64,000 bases of DNA from the human T2T-CHM13v2.0 reference genome, Homo sapiens (GCF_009914755.1 NC_060925.1); one strand, 5' to 3'. Shown: positions 15,715-30,864, numbered from the stretch's first letter. Numbers and translations are program-made. The notes: generated from the letters alone by a model not told the origin.

Positions 15715-16767
15715 GAAGGTGCTATTACACCAGAAGAAGGGAAAATTTCCGGGTAAACAAAAAATCCAAATGTCTCTGCACAGATTTTGTTAATAACTTT
15801 TCAAAAATCTCCCATTAGTTATCCACAAGGTGAATTTTCTCACTTCCTTTAAGTTCTTGCCAAACTATCACTTTTGTCTTTAAACACTTTCATCGAGATA
15901 TAATTGATATACAATAAACTGCATGTATTTGAAGTGTACAATTTGGTAAGTTTTGACATATGTATATACTGTCAAGCAATCACCACACAAGATAGGGGAT
16001 ATATTCATCACCCACACAAGTTTCCTGTATCCCTGTCCTTCTGCCCCTCTCTAGCCACCCCTCCCCAGGTAATCATTTATCTATTTTCATCACTATAGAT
16101 GACTTTCCATCTTCTAGAGTTTTATATAAATGAAATACTACAGTGTGCCTTATTTTTTTCTAGATTCTTTCACTCAGTGTAATTATTTTGAGATTCATCC
16201 ATGCTGTTGTGTATATAAGTAGTTCATTGTTATTTACTGTAAGTAGTGTGCCTTTGTTTGGATAGATCACAGTTTGTCTATTCACACATTAATAGACATT
16301 TGGATTGCTCCAGTTTTTTGCTATTACAAAGAACTCTGCTATGAATGTTAATGTACAAGTATTTATATAAATATATGCTTACTTTCCTCTTGGGTAAATG
16401 CCTAGGAGTTGGCTGGATCATATGATAGATATATATTTTACTTTTTGAAAATCTTCCAAACTAATTGGTATCATTTTGTATTCCCACCAGCAGTGTATGA
16501 AGTTCCAGTTTCTTCACATCTTTGACAACAATTTCCTATTATATGGCTGGACAGTGGTAACTTATTGTGGTTTTAATTTGCATTTCCCTAATGTCTAATG
16601 ATGTTGAGCATCTTTTCATATGCTTATTTGTCATCTGTATAGCTTCTTTGGTGAAGCAACAGCTCAAATAGTTTGCCCATTTTTTATTGGAGGTTTGTTT
16701 TCTTATGTAGTTGTAAGAGTTCTTTATATATTCTGAGTACAAGTTCTTTATGAGATGTATCCTTTGA

Positions 16768-17164
<397 letters not shown>

Positions 17165-17166
17165 TC

Positions 17167-17462
17167 TTTTTCTTTTTGTTTGAGACTGAGTCTCACTCTG
17201 TCATCCAGGCTGGAGTGCAGTGGGACCATCACAGATCACTGCAGCCTCAAGCTCCCCGGCTCAAGCGAGCCTTCCACCTCAGTCTCCAGAGTAGCTGAGA
17301 CTATAGGCATGTGCCATCATGTCCAGCCAGTTTTTAAATTTTTTGTATAGACAGGGTCTTTCTATGTTGCCAGGGCTGGTCTGGAACTCCTGGGCTCAAG
17401 TGATCTTCCCGCCTCAGCCTCCCAAAGTGCTGTGATTAGAGGCATGAGTCACTGTGCCCAGT
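17167..17462 (-). mobile_element. AluJ
   Basis: Full Alu, J diagnostics. Confidence 0.92.
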
Positions 17463-17767
17463 TTTAATTTTCTTTTATGGATTTTGGTGCTATACCTAGG
17501 AAATCTTTACCTGACCTAGTATCACAGACTTTATTCTATTTATAAGAAATGTTATAGCTTTAGGTTTTATGTTTCGGCTATGATCCATTTTGAGTTAATT
17601 TCTGCATATGATATGAGGTATGGATGGGAGTTCATTGTTTTCCATCTGGATATGCAATTGTTCCAGCACCATTTATTGAAAAGACTATCCTTGACCCACT
17701 GAATTTTCTTCATACATTTGTTAAAAATCAGTGTCCATAATATGTGGGTGTTTTTCTCAGACTCTCT

Positions 17768-18146
17768 TGTCATAGTCAGTTTGGGCTGCTATGACAGAGC
17801 ACCATAAACTGGGTGGTTCATAAACCACAAAAATATTTTTCTCATAGTTCTGGAAGCTGGAAGTCCAAGAGAAGGTGCCAGCATGGTAGGGTTCTCCTGA
17901 GGGCCCTCTCCAAGTTGTAGATGGCTTACTTCTTGCTGTATCTTCACATAGCAGAGAACAGAGAGGGAAAGCAAGCTCTCTCATGACTTTATAAGTACAC
18001 TAATTCCATTAATGAGGTCTCCATCCATACGACCTCATCTAAACCTAATCACCTCTCAAAGGTCCCACCTCCTGATACCATCATATTGGGCAGTAGGGTT
18101 TCAACATATACATTTTGAATAGGACACAAACATTCAGTCCATACCA
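17768..18146 (-). mobile_element. MLT1A-like MaLR solo LTR
   Basis: tgtcatagtcagtttgggctgctat...tttctcatagttctggaagctggaagtccaag...acattcagtccata. Confidence 0.85.
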
Positions 18147-18748
18147 CTCAATTCTATTGTTTTGTTCTATTTTTCTATCTTCACACCAATAATACACAGT
18201 CTTGAATACTGTATAAGTCTTTATAAGTCTTTAAATCAGGTAGTATTTGCCTTCCAAATTTGTTCTTTTTTTTTCCAAAATTGTTTTGGTTATTGCAGTA
18301 CTTTACATTTCCACATAAATTTTATAATCAATTTGCAAATTCCAAAAAAAGTCTGCTGGGATTTTGATTTGAATTGCTTTGAATATGTAGAACAAATTGG
18401 AAATAATTGACATCATAACAATATTTAGTTTTCTGGATCAGAACAAAGTATGACTCTCCATTTATTAAGTTATTCTTTCACTTCTTTCAACAATGTTTTA
18501 TAGTGTTCAGTGTGTAGGCTTTTCACATCTTATGTCAGATTTATCTCTATGTATTTAATGTTTTTTAATTAAAAAATTTTTATGAATCAAGAAAGAGCTG
18601 GAGTATTATATTTGTGACACTATTGTAAATGATATTTCAAAATTTCAATTTATAATTCTTTGTTACAGATGTATAACAATACAATAGATTTTTGAATGTT
18701 AATCTTGTATCTTGAGACCTTGCTAAAGTCATTTATTAGTTCTAATAG

Positions 18749-19128
<380 letters not shown>

Positions 19129-20242
19129 TAGATAATTATTTTATTTGTAAATAAAGACATTTTTACTTCTTCTTTTCTAATTTGTATCTTCTTTTTAAAT
19201 TATATTGCCTAGAACCTCTAGTATGATGTTAAGCAGAGATGATGAGAATGATTATCAATAGTAGGTAGAAAGTACTTAGTCTTTTACCATTAAGTATGAT
19301 GTTAGCTGTAGGTTTTTCATAAAGGCCATTGTCAAGTTAAGGAAGTTCCCTTCTAATCTTTCTCTGTAGAGAAGATTTATCATCAATGGATGCTGGATTT
19401 TGTTGAATGATTTTCCTGCATCTATTGAGATGATCATATGCTTTTTCTTTTTCAGCTTGTTAATGTGATAAATTACATTGATTTTCAAATGTTAAACCAA
19501 TTTTGCATTCCTGGGTTAAACTGTATTTGGCTATGATGTACTGTCCTTTTTATATATTATTGCATTTAATTTGCTAAAAATATTTTTAGAATTTTTGCAA
19601 CCATATTTATGAGGGATATTTGTCTATAGTTTTCTTATAATGTCTTTGTCTGGTTTTTGGTATCAGGATAATACTGGCCTTATAGAATTATTTGGGGGAA
19701 AATTCTCTACTTTTCAATTTTCTGGTAAAATTTGTATAGAATTGATATTGTTTCTTCCTTCTACATTATTTAGAATTTACCAGTTAAGCAACTTGGACTT
19801 TTCTTTGTGGGAAGATTTTTTAAAACAAATTCAATTCTTTAATAGATATAAGGCTATTCAGGTTACTTATTTCTTCTTGAGTGAATTTTAATAGTTTCTG
19901 TCACTCAAAAAATTTATCCATTTCATCTATGCTGTTAAACTGATATGTAAAAAGTTTCTTATAATATTTCCATATTATTATTTTAATAACTATAGAAACT
20001 TTAGTGATGTTACCACTCACATTCTTGATATTGATAATTCATATATTCTTTCTTTTTTCCTGACAAGTCTGGCTAGAGATTTATCACTTTTATTATCTTC
20101 TCAAAGAACCAGCTTTTGGTTTCATTAATTTTTTCCTACTGTTTTTGCCTTTTCTTTTTTATTTATTTGTATCTCATATTTATTATTTCTTTTCTTCTGC
20201 TCACCCTTAGTTGAATTTGCTCTTCTTCTTCCAGTTTCTTAA

Positions 20243-20375
20243 TTTTTTTTTTTTTTTTTTTTAGAGACAGAGACTCACTATGTTGCCCAGGCTGGCCTCG
20301 AACTGGGCTCAAGCAATCCTCCTGCCTCAGCCTCCTGAGTAGCTAGGACTATAGGAGCACACCACTGTGCCTTGT
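20243..20375 (-). mobile_element. FLAM/Alu monomer
   Basis: Single arm with poly(T). Confidence 0.85.
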
Positions 20376-20580
20376 TCTTAAATTAGTTTCTTAAGTTTCA
20401 AAAGAATTTTGCTTGTTTTTGTTGTTGCTGGCAGAAGAGTAAATCTAGTTCCCAAATCCCATCGTGCCTGGAAATGAAATAGGATTAAGTTCATAATCAT
20501 GTCTTCATCAAACTATTTTTGATCACTGAGCCCAGATCTTTCTTTTCATATTTGTTAGGCCTACAGATTCCAAATCTGCT

Positions 20581-20727
20581 AGAGACAGGGCCTTGCTATG
20601 TTGCCTAGGCTGGAGTGCAGTGACACAATTATTGCTCACTGTGGTTTTGAACTCCTGGGCTCAAGTGATCCTCCTGTCTTGGCCTCAGAGTGCTAGGATT
20701 TCTGGCATGAGCCACTGTACCTGACCT
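20581..20727 (-). mobile_element. Old Alu monomer
   Basis: Single arm. Confidence 0.8.
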
Positions 20728-20823
20728 GGTTTTCATTTGTTCATTTGAGCAAAATTGGAAAAAAATGGATAGTTCTTTCTGAGTGAAACACCTATCCTTT
20801 TTATATTCTATGCCCTTACTTTA

Positions 20824-21222
20824 TGTCTTAATCCATTAGTGTTGCTAAAACAAAACACCTGAGACTAGGTAACTTATAAACAACAGAAGTTTATTTCTCA
20901 CAGTCTGGAGACTAGGAAGTCCAAGATCCCAGCAGGTTCGGTGTCTGATGAGGGCCCGGTCTTCCCTCCCAAGACAGTGATTTGTTGAGGCATCCTCTGG
21001 AGAGGAGAAACACTGTGTCCTCACATAGAGGAAGGGATAGAAGGGGCAAAAAGAGGCAAACTTTCTCCATCAAGCCCTTTATAAGGGCACCCAATCTTAT
21101 TCATGAGGGTGAAGCTGTCATGACTCAATCACCTTTTATAGGCCACGCCTCCTAATATTGTTGCATTGGGGATTAAGTTTCAATATGAATTTTGGAGAGG
21201 ACAAAACATTCGAATTATAGCA
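20824..21222 (-). mobile_element. MST (MSTC/D-like) MaLR solo LTR
   Basis: tgtcttaatccatt...acacctgagactaggtaac...gggattaagtttcaatatgaattttgg...atagca. Confidence 0.85.
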
Positions 21223-21346
21223 TTTTGTACTTTGTGAGCTTAGAGCTCAACACATTTTTTAAAAAGAAATAATCACTGCTAGCATTTTTAGCAGTAAAAG
21301 CATGACTGGCAATCTAAGGGAAGAAAATATTAAAAAAAAAAAAGCT

Positions 21347-21635
21347 CACAAGATGCGGTGACTCACGCCTGTAATCCCAACAGTTTGGGAGAGTGAGGCA
21401 GCAGGATCACTTGAGTTCAGGAGCTGGAGACCAGCCTGGGTAACATGGTGAGACCCCGTCTCTACAAAAAATTTAAAAATTAACAGAGTGAGGTGGTGTG
21501 CACCTGTAGTCCCAGCTACTCAGAAGTCTGAGGTGCGAGGATCCTTTGAGGTTATAGTGAGCTGTGTTCTTGCCACTGCACTCACTCCAGGCTGGGTGAC
21601 AGAATGAGACCCTATCTCAGAAGCAAAACAAAACT
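21347..21635 (+). mobile_element. AluJ
   Basis: Diverged dimer. Confidence 0.9.
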
Positions 21636-21639
21636 CAAG

Positions 21640-21776
21640 GATAACTGGGCATGGTGGCTCACACCTGTAATCCCAACACTTTGGGAAGGAAAGGTGGGAG
21701 GATAGCTCAGGCTAGGAGTTTAAGAGCAGCCTGGGCAACATAGCAAAACTCTGTCTCTATTAAAAAAGAAAAAAAC
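21640..21776 (+). mobile_element. FLAM monomer
   Basis: Left arm plus A tail. Confidence 0.85.
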
Positions 21777-21879
21777 CTCACTGATCTAATCATGCCCCAG
21801 GGTTTATCCATGTGTGCTTAAGAGAAGGAGTAAGTGATAGCCTTCATGGCTCAGGAGGATCACAGGTAATGTCAGCTGC

Positions 21880-22018
21880 CATGTGACTGAGCCATCCTGG
21901 AAGCAGATGCACCTTGCTAATGTATTCCTGGATTCTGACCTTTGGAAACTGTGTGAAATAAATGTTGCTTTAAGCTGCTAATTTTGGGATAATTTGTAAT
22001 GCAGCAATAAATAATACA
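21880..22018 (+). mobile_element. MLT1 LTR 3' fragment
   Basis: ttaagctgctaattttgggataatttgtaatgcagcaata...aataca. Confidence 0.65.
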
Positions 22019-22490
22019 GATTCACAATGAAATAGGAGTTTCTAGGATTTGAGATAAATAGTAGCAGGTTTCTAGAACTCAGAAGGCACCAGGGTAAATT
22101 TCTTTGCCATATTGTGTACAAAGCACTCAGAACACTGTTGACAAAACAGTACTCACAGGTTGAGAGAGTCCAGGGACCATCTGGGACCAATGCCCCAGCA
22201 ATGCAGATTTATGTGGTAAATGGTTTCAGGGAAGTGGTTCTGTGTTTCCTGAGAAGTACCGGATGTTTTTTATGGTGATAAGAGAGACAGAAGGAGTTTA
22301 GAGAGTTCAAGAGAGGAAAGGTAAGAATGCCAGGGCTCAGAAATTGGAGGGCTATTTTATAGAGTAATGAAAAGAGGAGTTTTCTTTATTTTTACCCTGT
22401 TAATTTAACACTAATGCATTCAGAAACTTTAGAAAATATAGGTAGGCAAAAAGAAGAAAATTAAATTCACCGTATGGAAATAATCGCTGT

Positions 22491-22745
22491 TGCCAGGCTT
22501 AGTGGCTCACACCTATAATCCCAGCACTTTTCTTTGGGAGGCCAAGGCAAGAGGATAGATTGAGTCCAGGAGTTTAAAACCAGCCTGGGCAACATAGTGA
22601 AATCCCATCTCTACAAATAAATAAATAAAAATAAAAAGAGGCTGAGTGTGGTGCCAAAGTGGAAGATCACTTGAGCCCAGGAGTTCAAGACCAGCCTGGG
22701 AAACATAGTGAGACTTCATCTCTATAAAAAGAAAAATAAATTTTA
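22491..22745 (+). mobile_element. Two tandem FLAM/left-arm Alu monomers
   Basis: Two left-arm copies; outer TSD gaaataatc. Confidence 0.85.
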
Positions 22746-22819
22746 AAAAAGAAATAATCACGCTAGCATTTTTATCATGTTACTCTGACAAATAAATAAA
22801 TGAATATAGACAGACTGAC

Positions 22820-24640
22820 CCACCCATAAAGTCAGTATTTCAGTTGCCCCTTTAGAAGGCCATTTTGGCATTCTGTGAGCCTGGCTGCATCTGGATGGTG
22901 TGGCATGTAATATGACCAATGGAACCCATGGTCATGGGTCCATTCCTGTACCTCTGCTTCAAAGCAGGTCACTTGGCCAGATGTTATGCTGTGTGGGATT
23001 CCATGCCTGTGGATCAAGCATTCTATAAGCCCCTAGATAGCAGTCCTGGCTGAGGCTCTGTGGGTAGGAAAGGCAAACCCATACCTGGAATAGGCATTAT
23101 CCTTGTGAAAGTGAACCACTAACCCTTTCAGAATAGGAGAGTTCTAATATCCAGGATGTTTTCCTTGAGAAATAATATGTTGAAGACTTAGTGATGGTCT
23201 CTGTTGCCGACAAGTTGAACATTCAGAGATAACTAGATTGGCTTTGCTCTGAGTCCATGCTGTTGGGCTCATATGTGGTCTCCACCTCTGCCATATGGTC
23301 ACCCCACTCATGTGCCCATTATCTCAGCTCTGGGATTGCCAGTGATGCAGTCTGACTAATATCAATTGGCAGAGCCATTGTGTCTGCTTGGTTGTTAAAT
23401 GTCTGGTGGATACTTTCTGGTAGACATGTGATACAACAGTCTTCATACTTTGTGCCTACTCTCACATGTCCATCCACTTCCTCTACCCAGATTTCCTTTG
23501 TCTCTGGTCTTCCAGTCCTCTGCATTCCAGGCCTTTAACCAGACAGCCAAGCCATTGGCCACAACCCAGGAATTTATATGTAGGCCATTTTTCCTTCCAC
23601 CAAAGCAGATTCCCAGCTCTGTCCTTGGGGAAGATTTTTCCTTTCCACTGTCATTAAGGAACACCTCTGAATGTGGCGATAATGCAGTCACCACTCATTT
23701 TTAGTATGCACTTGAGACGACCTATCTATAAACGAATCTTGGGCTTTTCCTTCCACTTTAACTCATCATAAGAGACCTTTCACAAGGCCATTGGTATAAG
23801 CCATGGGAGAGGAACTAGTGCAACTGTAATAGGTGACACGAGGGCCTGAGCTATTTGCCCATAGAGCTGGCTTGTACCTTCCGGTCCTACTTGGACTTGA
23901 TTCTGGATATATCTGGATATACCATTTTCATCAACCGATGGATTGCTACTGGGCCCATCTAACTTTTTAACTTGATGTTATGGACAGAACCCTGATTACA
24001 ATGGGAATAAGTTCTGAATGCATGGGTCATTTGATGTTCAATAGTCAAACATTCTGCCTCTACCAGAGTAACTTGCCTTCTGCAACTCGACAAGACAACA
24101 ACTTGACAAGAACTGTTTTTCAAAGGGTATGTAATTTTCTGCTGTGGGTGGCATGACCTTTCTCCAGAATCCCAGGGGTCAGCCTTGTGATTCTCTCACT
24201 GGAGTTCTCCATAAGCCCCTCACTGCATCTTTTGCCACCTCTGATACCTCCAACACCATAGGGCCTGCTGGATCATGTGACCTGAGTAGGGGTCTGCTTA
24301 TACCACAGTCTGGACCTGATGGAGTGCCCTTTGTTTCTTCAAGCCCCCTCAAAGCTGTCAGCCTTCCATGTCACCCAGTATATGGGCAGGTGCAATATTC
24401 CTAAGTATGGGATATGTTGCATCAGAATCTAAAGAGACTTCCAGGCTCTGTGCTTTCTTCTTTGGGTTAAGGTGGAAGACGCCACAACTTGTCTTTTACT
24501 TTGGAGAGGTTATTCCAGCAAGTCTCTCACCACTGGACTCCTAAAAACCACACTGAAGTAGCTGGGCCCTGAAACTTCATGGAGTGTATTGACCAATTCT
24601 GGAATCCACATATCTTACCAAGGCATCCAGCCACCTCTAC
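22820..24640 (-). mobile_element. ERVL-class internal pol remnant (RT end, RNase H, integrase)
   Basis: Track peptides IHRHGIPHSITSGQ..HGFHWSYYMPHHPDAARLTECQNGLLK (integrase) and NSWVVANGLAVWLKAW (RNase H). Confidence 0.88.
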
Positions 24641-25478
24641 CTGACCACGGGATACCTCATATGAAGTGAGTTGCCCATTTTAACTGGGACTTGTCTGAGA
24701 CACCAAACCATAAATTTGGAAAGCCCAGAGCAGTTCATCATTAAGCAGAATTGGCATACATAAGCTCAGGTTTAAGCAGCTTCTGAAGACTCTAATTAGT
24801 TAAGCAGGTGACCCTCACTCACAGTATGCCTATGCTTTTCACACTCAGCCCACAACTGTATCCTAACGGGAAGTTCCCTGTGATCAGTTGAGAAAGGAAG
24901 AAGGGATTCAAGCCTGGATAACAGATGACTCTCCATGGTGTGGTGTTACCAGTCAAAATTGAACCACAACAGCTGTCCAACTTAGATGTCTGAAAGACAA
25001 TAAAGAATGTAAATCCTCCCACTGAGCATAACTTTGATCACTGCATGTCATGGTCCATTTGCTGAAAAAGGTGGACTGAGATGCAGATCTATGCACTTTC
25101 AAGGGCAGGGGCTAAGTGTAAGGTCACATGTTCAAAAACTTGGAAGAAAGAACAGAACACCAAGGGATTGGTAGCTGGAGATTTAGGGGAAATGTATGTG
25201 AATGAATATCTCGGAATGATCCCAGAGTGTAAGAATATTTGTGTCTCATGTGAATGACAGTCAAATAGCCTTTGCGGTTGAGACGTTCTGAATAACCAGT
25301 GGACAAGATTACCCATTTTATGACTCTCATATTTTTTCCCCAAACACTTCTGTACTTGCACAATTATTTATGGACTTAATATGGGCCTCACCTCAGCAAA
25401 GCTAATCTAGCTACTGCCATTGCTTGAATGTCAGCCTGACCTTGAGCCCTCAATTCACTGCTATACTCAGCAAGAAAA

Positions 25479-25497
25479 GACTGCCACCTGGTGGCAG
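25479..25497 (-). promoter_or_regulatory. Candidate CTCF motif (CTGCCACCAGGTGGCAG)
   Basis: Matches the CTCF core CCASYAGRKGGCRS; occupancy unknown. Confidence 0.4.
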
Positions 25498-25716
25498 ATT
25501 GATTACATTGTCCTCTTCTTTGACTAAGGAAGAGCAATTTGGTCATTTATTCTTATTGGAATAGAAATTCATTCTGGGTAATCTGCCTTTCTTACCCGCC
25601 ATACATCTGAGAGAAATATGATCTATAGATTTACTTACTGCTTCATTCACCATCATGGTATACCATAAAACATCGTTTCTGATTAAGGAGCTTATTTTAT
25701 AGTAAAAGGTGTAAAG

Positions 25717-25800
25717 CTGCTGGGCGCGGTGGCTCACACCTGTAATCCCAACACTTTGAGAGGCCGAGGTGGATGGATCACCTCAGGTTGGAAGTTTGAG
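25717..25800 (+). mobile_element. Alu 5' fragment
   Basis: gctgggcgcggtggctcac...; truncated. Confidence 0.85.
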
Positions 25801-27621
25801 AATAAAGCTATTCATATGTCTATTGGATTCACTGGTCTTAACATGTATCTCATCCCCCCAAATTCTATGCAGAGATGCTATTCAAGGTAATCTACTCAAA
25901 ATTTAGGTCCCCAGAAAGAATCAGGGCCCAGCTCCTGGGAAATGGGATGGCATGAATGAGGTGGGAAAGCAGGACCTTGGCTTCTAACCGGGACTCAGGG
26001 TGCCCTCTGTAGAATAGAAGGATGGAAAAGCTATGAGACCCAGTAAGAAGGAATGCAAAAGGGGATCTGGCTTCTTTTCACCAGGACATTGTGTTCAGGC
26101 TGGCATTGTAGCATTTAGGGTTGCTCTCAGCTGGTGAGCAGCTAAGCCAGTTTTGTCATATCTCAGTTTCCTAACATGCCTTTTTAATGCAGGTCTTTGT
26201 GCCTTTTCTTACACTGTTTTTTATATGCCCTTCTCCATTTATCTGATCACTACTAACGCCACAGCATCTCCAGAAAGTCTTCCTTTACTGGCCACATTAG
26301 CCCACAGTAACCTCTTCCTGAACCATATCACTTTCTGTCTGCATCATTTGTTTGGCATTTATCATTTATTTTTCAATGATAAGTGGACATATCATGTCTT
26401 CCCAAGTAGATTCACAGGAGCAATTTCGTAGACCTCATAGTATGAGCACAGTAACCATCACAGTTATGGAGAAATGCATACTGACTGATTGATTGATATA
26501 ACCAAGCACAATGAGGAGTAAGTGCCATAGGCATTCATGGAGGGAACTATCATAAGACAGTGCATAGCGGGCACTCAATAATCATTTGAGTGACTAAGTG
26601 AATGATCAAATTGAGGAATGGGTTGACATGACTGGGAGGTCACATAAAGGAGAGAGGACCTTACTTTTGCTTGAGGAATGGAGAAGATGTGTTTAGAGGA
26701 AAGGCATAAGAGGCGAGGGAGTGGGTATAGCCTCTCCCTTCTCAACAGTCTACTGCTGTGCTCCCGTCTCCTAGAATGTCTCCGGCCCTCTCCCTGCCCC
26801 ACCATAATATTGCTTAATAAGGAAGTAAGATTACTGGGCAAACAAGCCACTGCTGCATAGGCAGGAAAGTAAACTTTGTTTCTGATGTGACCATGTAATC
26901 TTTCCTACCTTTAATCTCCAGTACCATGCCAAAGCAAAATACTTTGGTGAGTGGTGCTCAAACCCAGGATTTAGTTTTAAGCCTGTCCTAGTGCACAGGC
27001 TCAAATTGAGCAAATGTGTCTTCTGCCATCCATGTGGAGCGTTTTGACTCCTTCCTTAGCCCTGTGGTATTCTGGGAGGTTAGGCTCGCTGCTTAGAGAA
27101 TTATGCTGTGGATTAAAACCAGACCAGGTGGAAGGGAAGCCTGTGACAAACAAAAGCCATGACCTTCTCTGAGGTAATTATAGATAAACTCAGATTTTGC
27201 ATAATTTCTTGGCTCTGCTGTATCAGGAGCTTGCTAAAGTCTTGTGTTTTTTACTTAGTCATTTCTTCTGTCCCAGGGATGGGGGTTGGGAGAAGCTTTG
27301 GGATTGCTGTGGAAGGGAGAAGGTGCAAGTCTCAGACACTCTGGAAGGGTCGGGGTAAGTACAAGGATATTAGCAAGTTTAGCCTGGTGACTTCTAGATC
27401 CTCTGCCTGGAATGAGATCTTTGCATAGGCGAACTGGAGGACTCTAGGCTGTCAAGGCCAGTCACAAGCCACAGGTGCCTATTTTATAGCACGTACTTCC
27501 CTGCTTTCCCCAGGTGCCCATCATCCAGCAGATTTGTCTATAGATCATGGTATTATCTCCATTGCTTCTGAATCATTGAGTGTTTTTCCTGAGTCAGGAT
27601 GCATTTATGAGGGCCACTTAA

Positions 27622-28004
<383 letters not shown>

Positions 28005-28599
28005 AAATAGTTTTTCTTAACTACATTTATTCTGATTAATTATCTATATTTTTTCTGCCATCGGCCTTATTGAAAAAAAAATACTTTTTTAGAGGCATAT
28101 AATGCCAACATATTTTCCTTTTTGGAATTCTTTTTGCTCTATTAAAGAGGTTTTTAATAAATTAATTTCATCAGGCAGTTTTAATTCTGTTTACTATTCA
28201 TAAGCATGGGAACTGATTAATATTCGGGGTTTCCCTTTTTCTATCCAAGTCCCTTTCTAACCATTAGGTCATGACAGTTTGCCAAGCAAAAAATCAAAAG
28301 GGCTACTGCAAAACACATTACTACTGAGATTTGCCTGAAATGTTTGAATAGTGTTAAATGGTGCCATGGACACTGCAGATACCACTGCTTTTCTTATGAT
28401 TCTTAATTTTAGGATTAAGACATCATGCGACTCATCTATTGCCAGGAACTTTAGTTATTAGGTTCCCATAAACCCAGAGAATCCTATTTCTCTTCTTGGT
28501 GATATATAAAACAGAACTTTAGGTGCCCACAAAACCATGGCTTCTTCACTCACTTTTCCCCTACAAAATGAGTTCAAAAGAAAGGCGAATGCAAAGTAT

Positions 28600-28810
28600 A
28601 TATTCTGCCAGGCATTATGCCATTTGTTTTATATATGAAGTCTCACATAATCCTCACAATAATCTCATTGTGCATATTTGACAAATGAGAAAATTGAGGC
28701 TTGGAGTAGTTAGTAACTCAACCAAAATCACACAACTGGCAAGTTGGCAGGGTGAGATCCAAACATAGACCTGCCTAACTTCAAGGTCTGGGCTATTCTA
28801 CTAGATACAG
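28600..28810 (-). mobile_element. MIR
   Basis: aatcctcacaat...acaaatgagaaaattgaggct...aatcacacaactgg. Confidence 0.8.
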
Positions 28811-30579
28811 CACTCAGAAAAAGACAAGGGTTCCTTATGTCAGCTGGGCAAGAAGTGATCAGTAAATATTTTATCCAGGTGCCCATAAAAATTAGAGGCC
28901 AATGCAAAGGAAGGAATTACAAATTATAAACAAGATCAATAGAAATTAGGGAGATACAGATTTCACAGGTCATGGCAGAAACTAGGTGAGCTCTGGGGGT
29001 GGGAGGTGGCGTTTGTAACAGGCTAGGGAGGAGCATGTGGGCAGAGAATGAGGTCCTGTCAGGACATAGTCAGAGAACTGTCTGTTCATCCCATCCTGCT
29101 GCCTTTAAATGGGTGTGGCCTGCCTGTGCAACACCTTCCAAAGAAGTGTATGAACATCTCCCAGGTATCAGTTTCTGTGAGATTAATCCTGCTACCCTAC
29201 TCAATCTTGCTACCCCAGATCTCCCTCCTCTCACTCTGTCCACCTTGACCAGTACTGAGCCCCTTTGTCCTGATGACCCATTTGGACACACTTCTCTGGT
29301 TTAGACTGGCTCTCGATTTTGGCCACAGTTGTAGAATTTGCCTTCCACTCTATAGCCTCCAGGCCTGCAAAGAGATAGCCCTGCTTCTGGGTCTGCCTTC
29401 CATTTGCCTAAAGGAGTCAGGCCAATCTCCCCGCATGGAAAAGGGGTCTGACCCAGGTCTGACCAGGTATATGAGAGTCAGGTCAGAAGTCAGGCAAATA
29501 AGTGAGAGCTGGAAAAGCCATGTTATCAAAGCAAGAAATTAAGCGAATGAACAGTCAGGAATGACCATGGAACCCCCAGTACTGTGAGTGACCCAAGGAA
29601 AAGTTTTTGAGGAATTATATGGACTTTGGAACCCTGTAACTTGACTGTTAAAGATGAACAGGAATTAGTTTTCACAAATTGGTTTTAATAAAACTTATTT
29701 TCATACATCTTGGCTGATTTGCTTTGTGGTGGGAGGAGTTAATGTCAGTGTACTAAGTTGTCCATAGAGAGATTTTCTGAGGTTGCTGGTGGAAGTTTAA
29801 AGCAAATAAAAGAAAATGTACCCAAACCCTGTCTGTGTGAGCATCTCTGACACAAGACATATGGAGTGAGCTGTGTTGTATGTAACTGGCCAGTTACGTA
29901 CATGGCACCTATAAGTCCTGGAGAGCCATACAGCCAGGGGATGAAGCCAGGCAAAATGACTCTAGCTTTGGTCCAAAATTTGATCCCAACTCTCTTTTGG
30001 TCTCCTGCTCCGCTGAGCTGTGCTGGAAATCATAGAAACTACAGAAGTCTCCTTTATCTTTCTGCTCTAATAGGAGAGCCAGGCCCAAGCTTTTCCCTCT
30101 AGGTCTCCCCTTTGCTGGACCTCACCCCTGTCATCAGCCCCTTCCCTGACCGTCATCTGACTCCCAGGCCTTCCAAGGGCAAAGGAGCCATGGCAACCTG
30201 CAGGCCATCTCGCCACACAGCTGCCTACGGTGTCAAGAGAGAGCAGTGTGAGGCTACCCAAAAGGGAGCTGAGAGCCAGAGGGTGAGTCCCTTTGCTTCT
30301 CCCATAAACAGATGTCTAAATGACATGGAGATGCCCAACAAGTCTAGCGGGATGGGAACTCGTGGAATTCCTAAGTACCCCTAGACACTCCCCGGAGACT
30401 TCTAGAAACACTGCTGTGGAGTTGGGAGGGAGAACACTGTAGTGGGGTAGTCATGAATAGGTGGGGATCATCGCCTCACAAAATGTGTATAAAAATGCTC
30501 ATTTGTACTTACAGGCTAGAGGCCTGTGGATATTCAGATTTCATGAAAGAAATGGAAGATATTTGCGGGCTTTTCTCAA

Positions 30580-30864
30580 CTTTTCTTTTTAGAGAGAATT
30601 TTGCTCTGTCACCCAGGCTGGAGTGCAGTGGCGCCATCATAGCTCACTGCAGCCTTGAACTCCTGGGCTCAAGTCATCCTCCCATCTTGGCCTCCTGAGT
30701 AGCTAGGACCACAGTGTGAACCACCACACTCGGCGATTTTTTGTGTGTGTGTGGTAAAGATGAGGTCTTGCTATGTTGCCTAGCCTAGTCTTGAACTCCT
30801 GGCCTCAAGTGATCCTCCTGTCTGGGCCTCCCAAAGTGCTGAGATTACAGGCATAAGCCTGGCC
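30580..30864 (-). mobile_element. AluJ
   Basis: TSD ctcaactttt. Confidence 0.92.

Larger units (their letters stand above)
24655..25870 (+). mobile_element. Second ERVL-class pol remnant (connection, RNase H, integrase), opposite orientation
   Basis: Plus strand encodes ATWWQIDYI (gccacctggtggcagattgattacattg), HHHGIP and GIHWS-like motifs. Confidence 0.82.
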
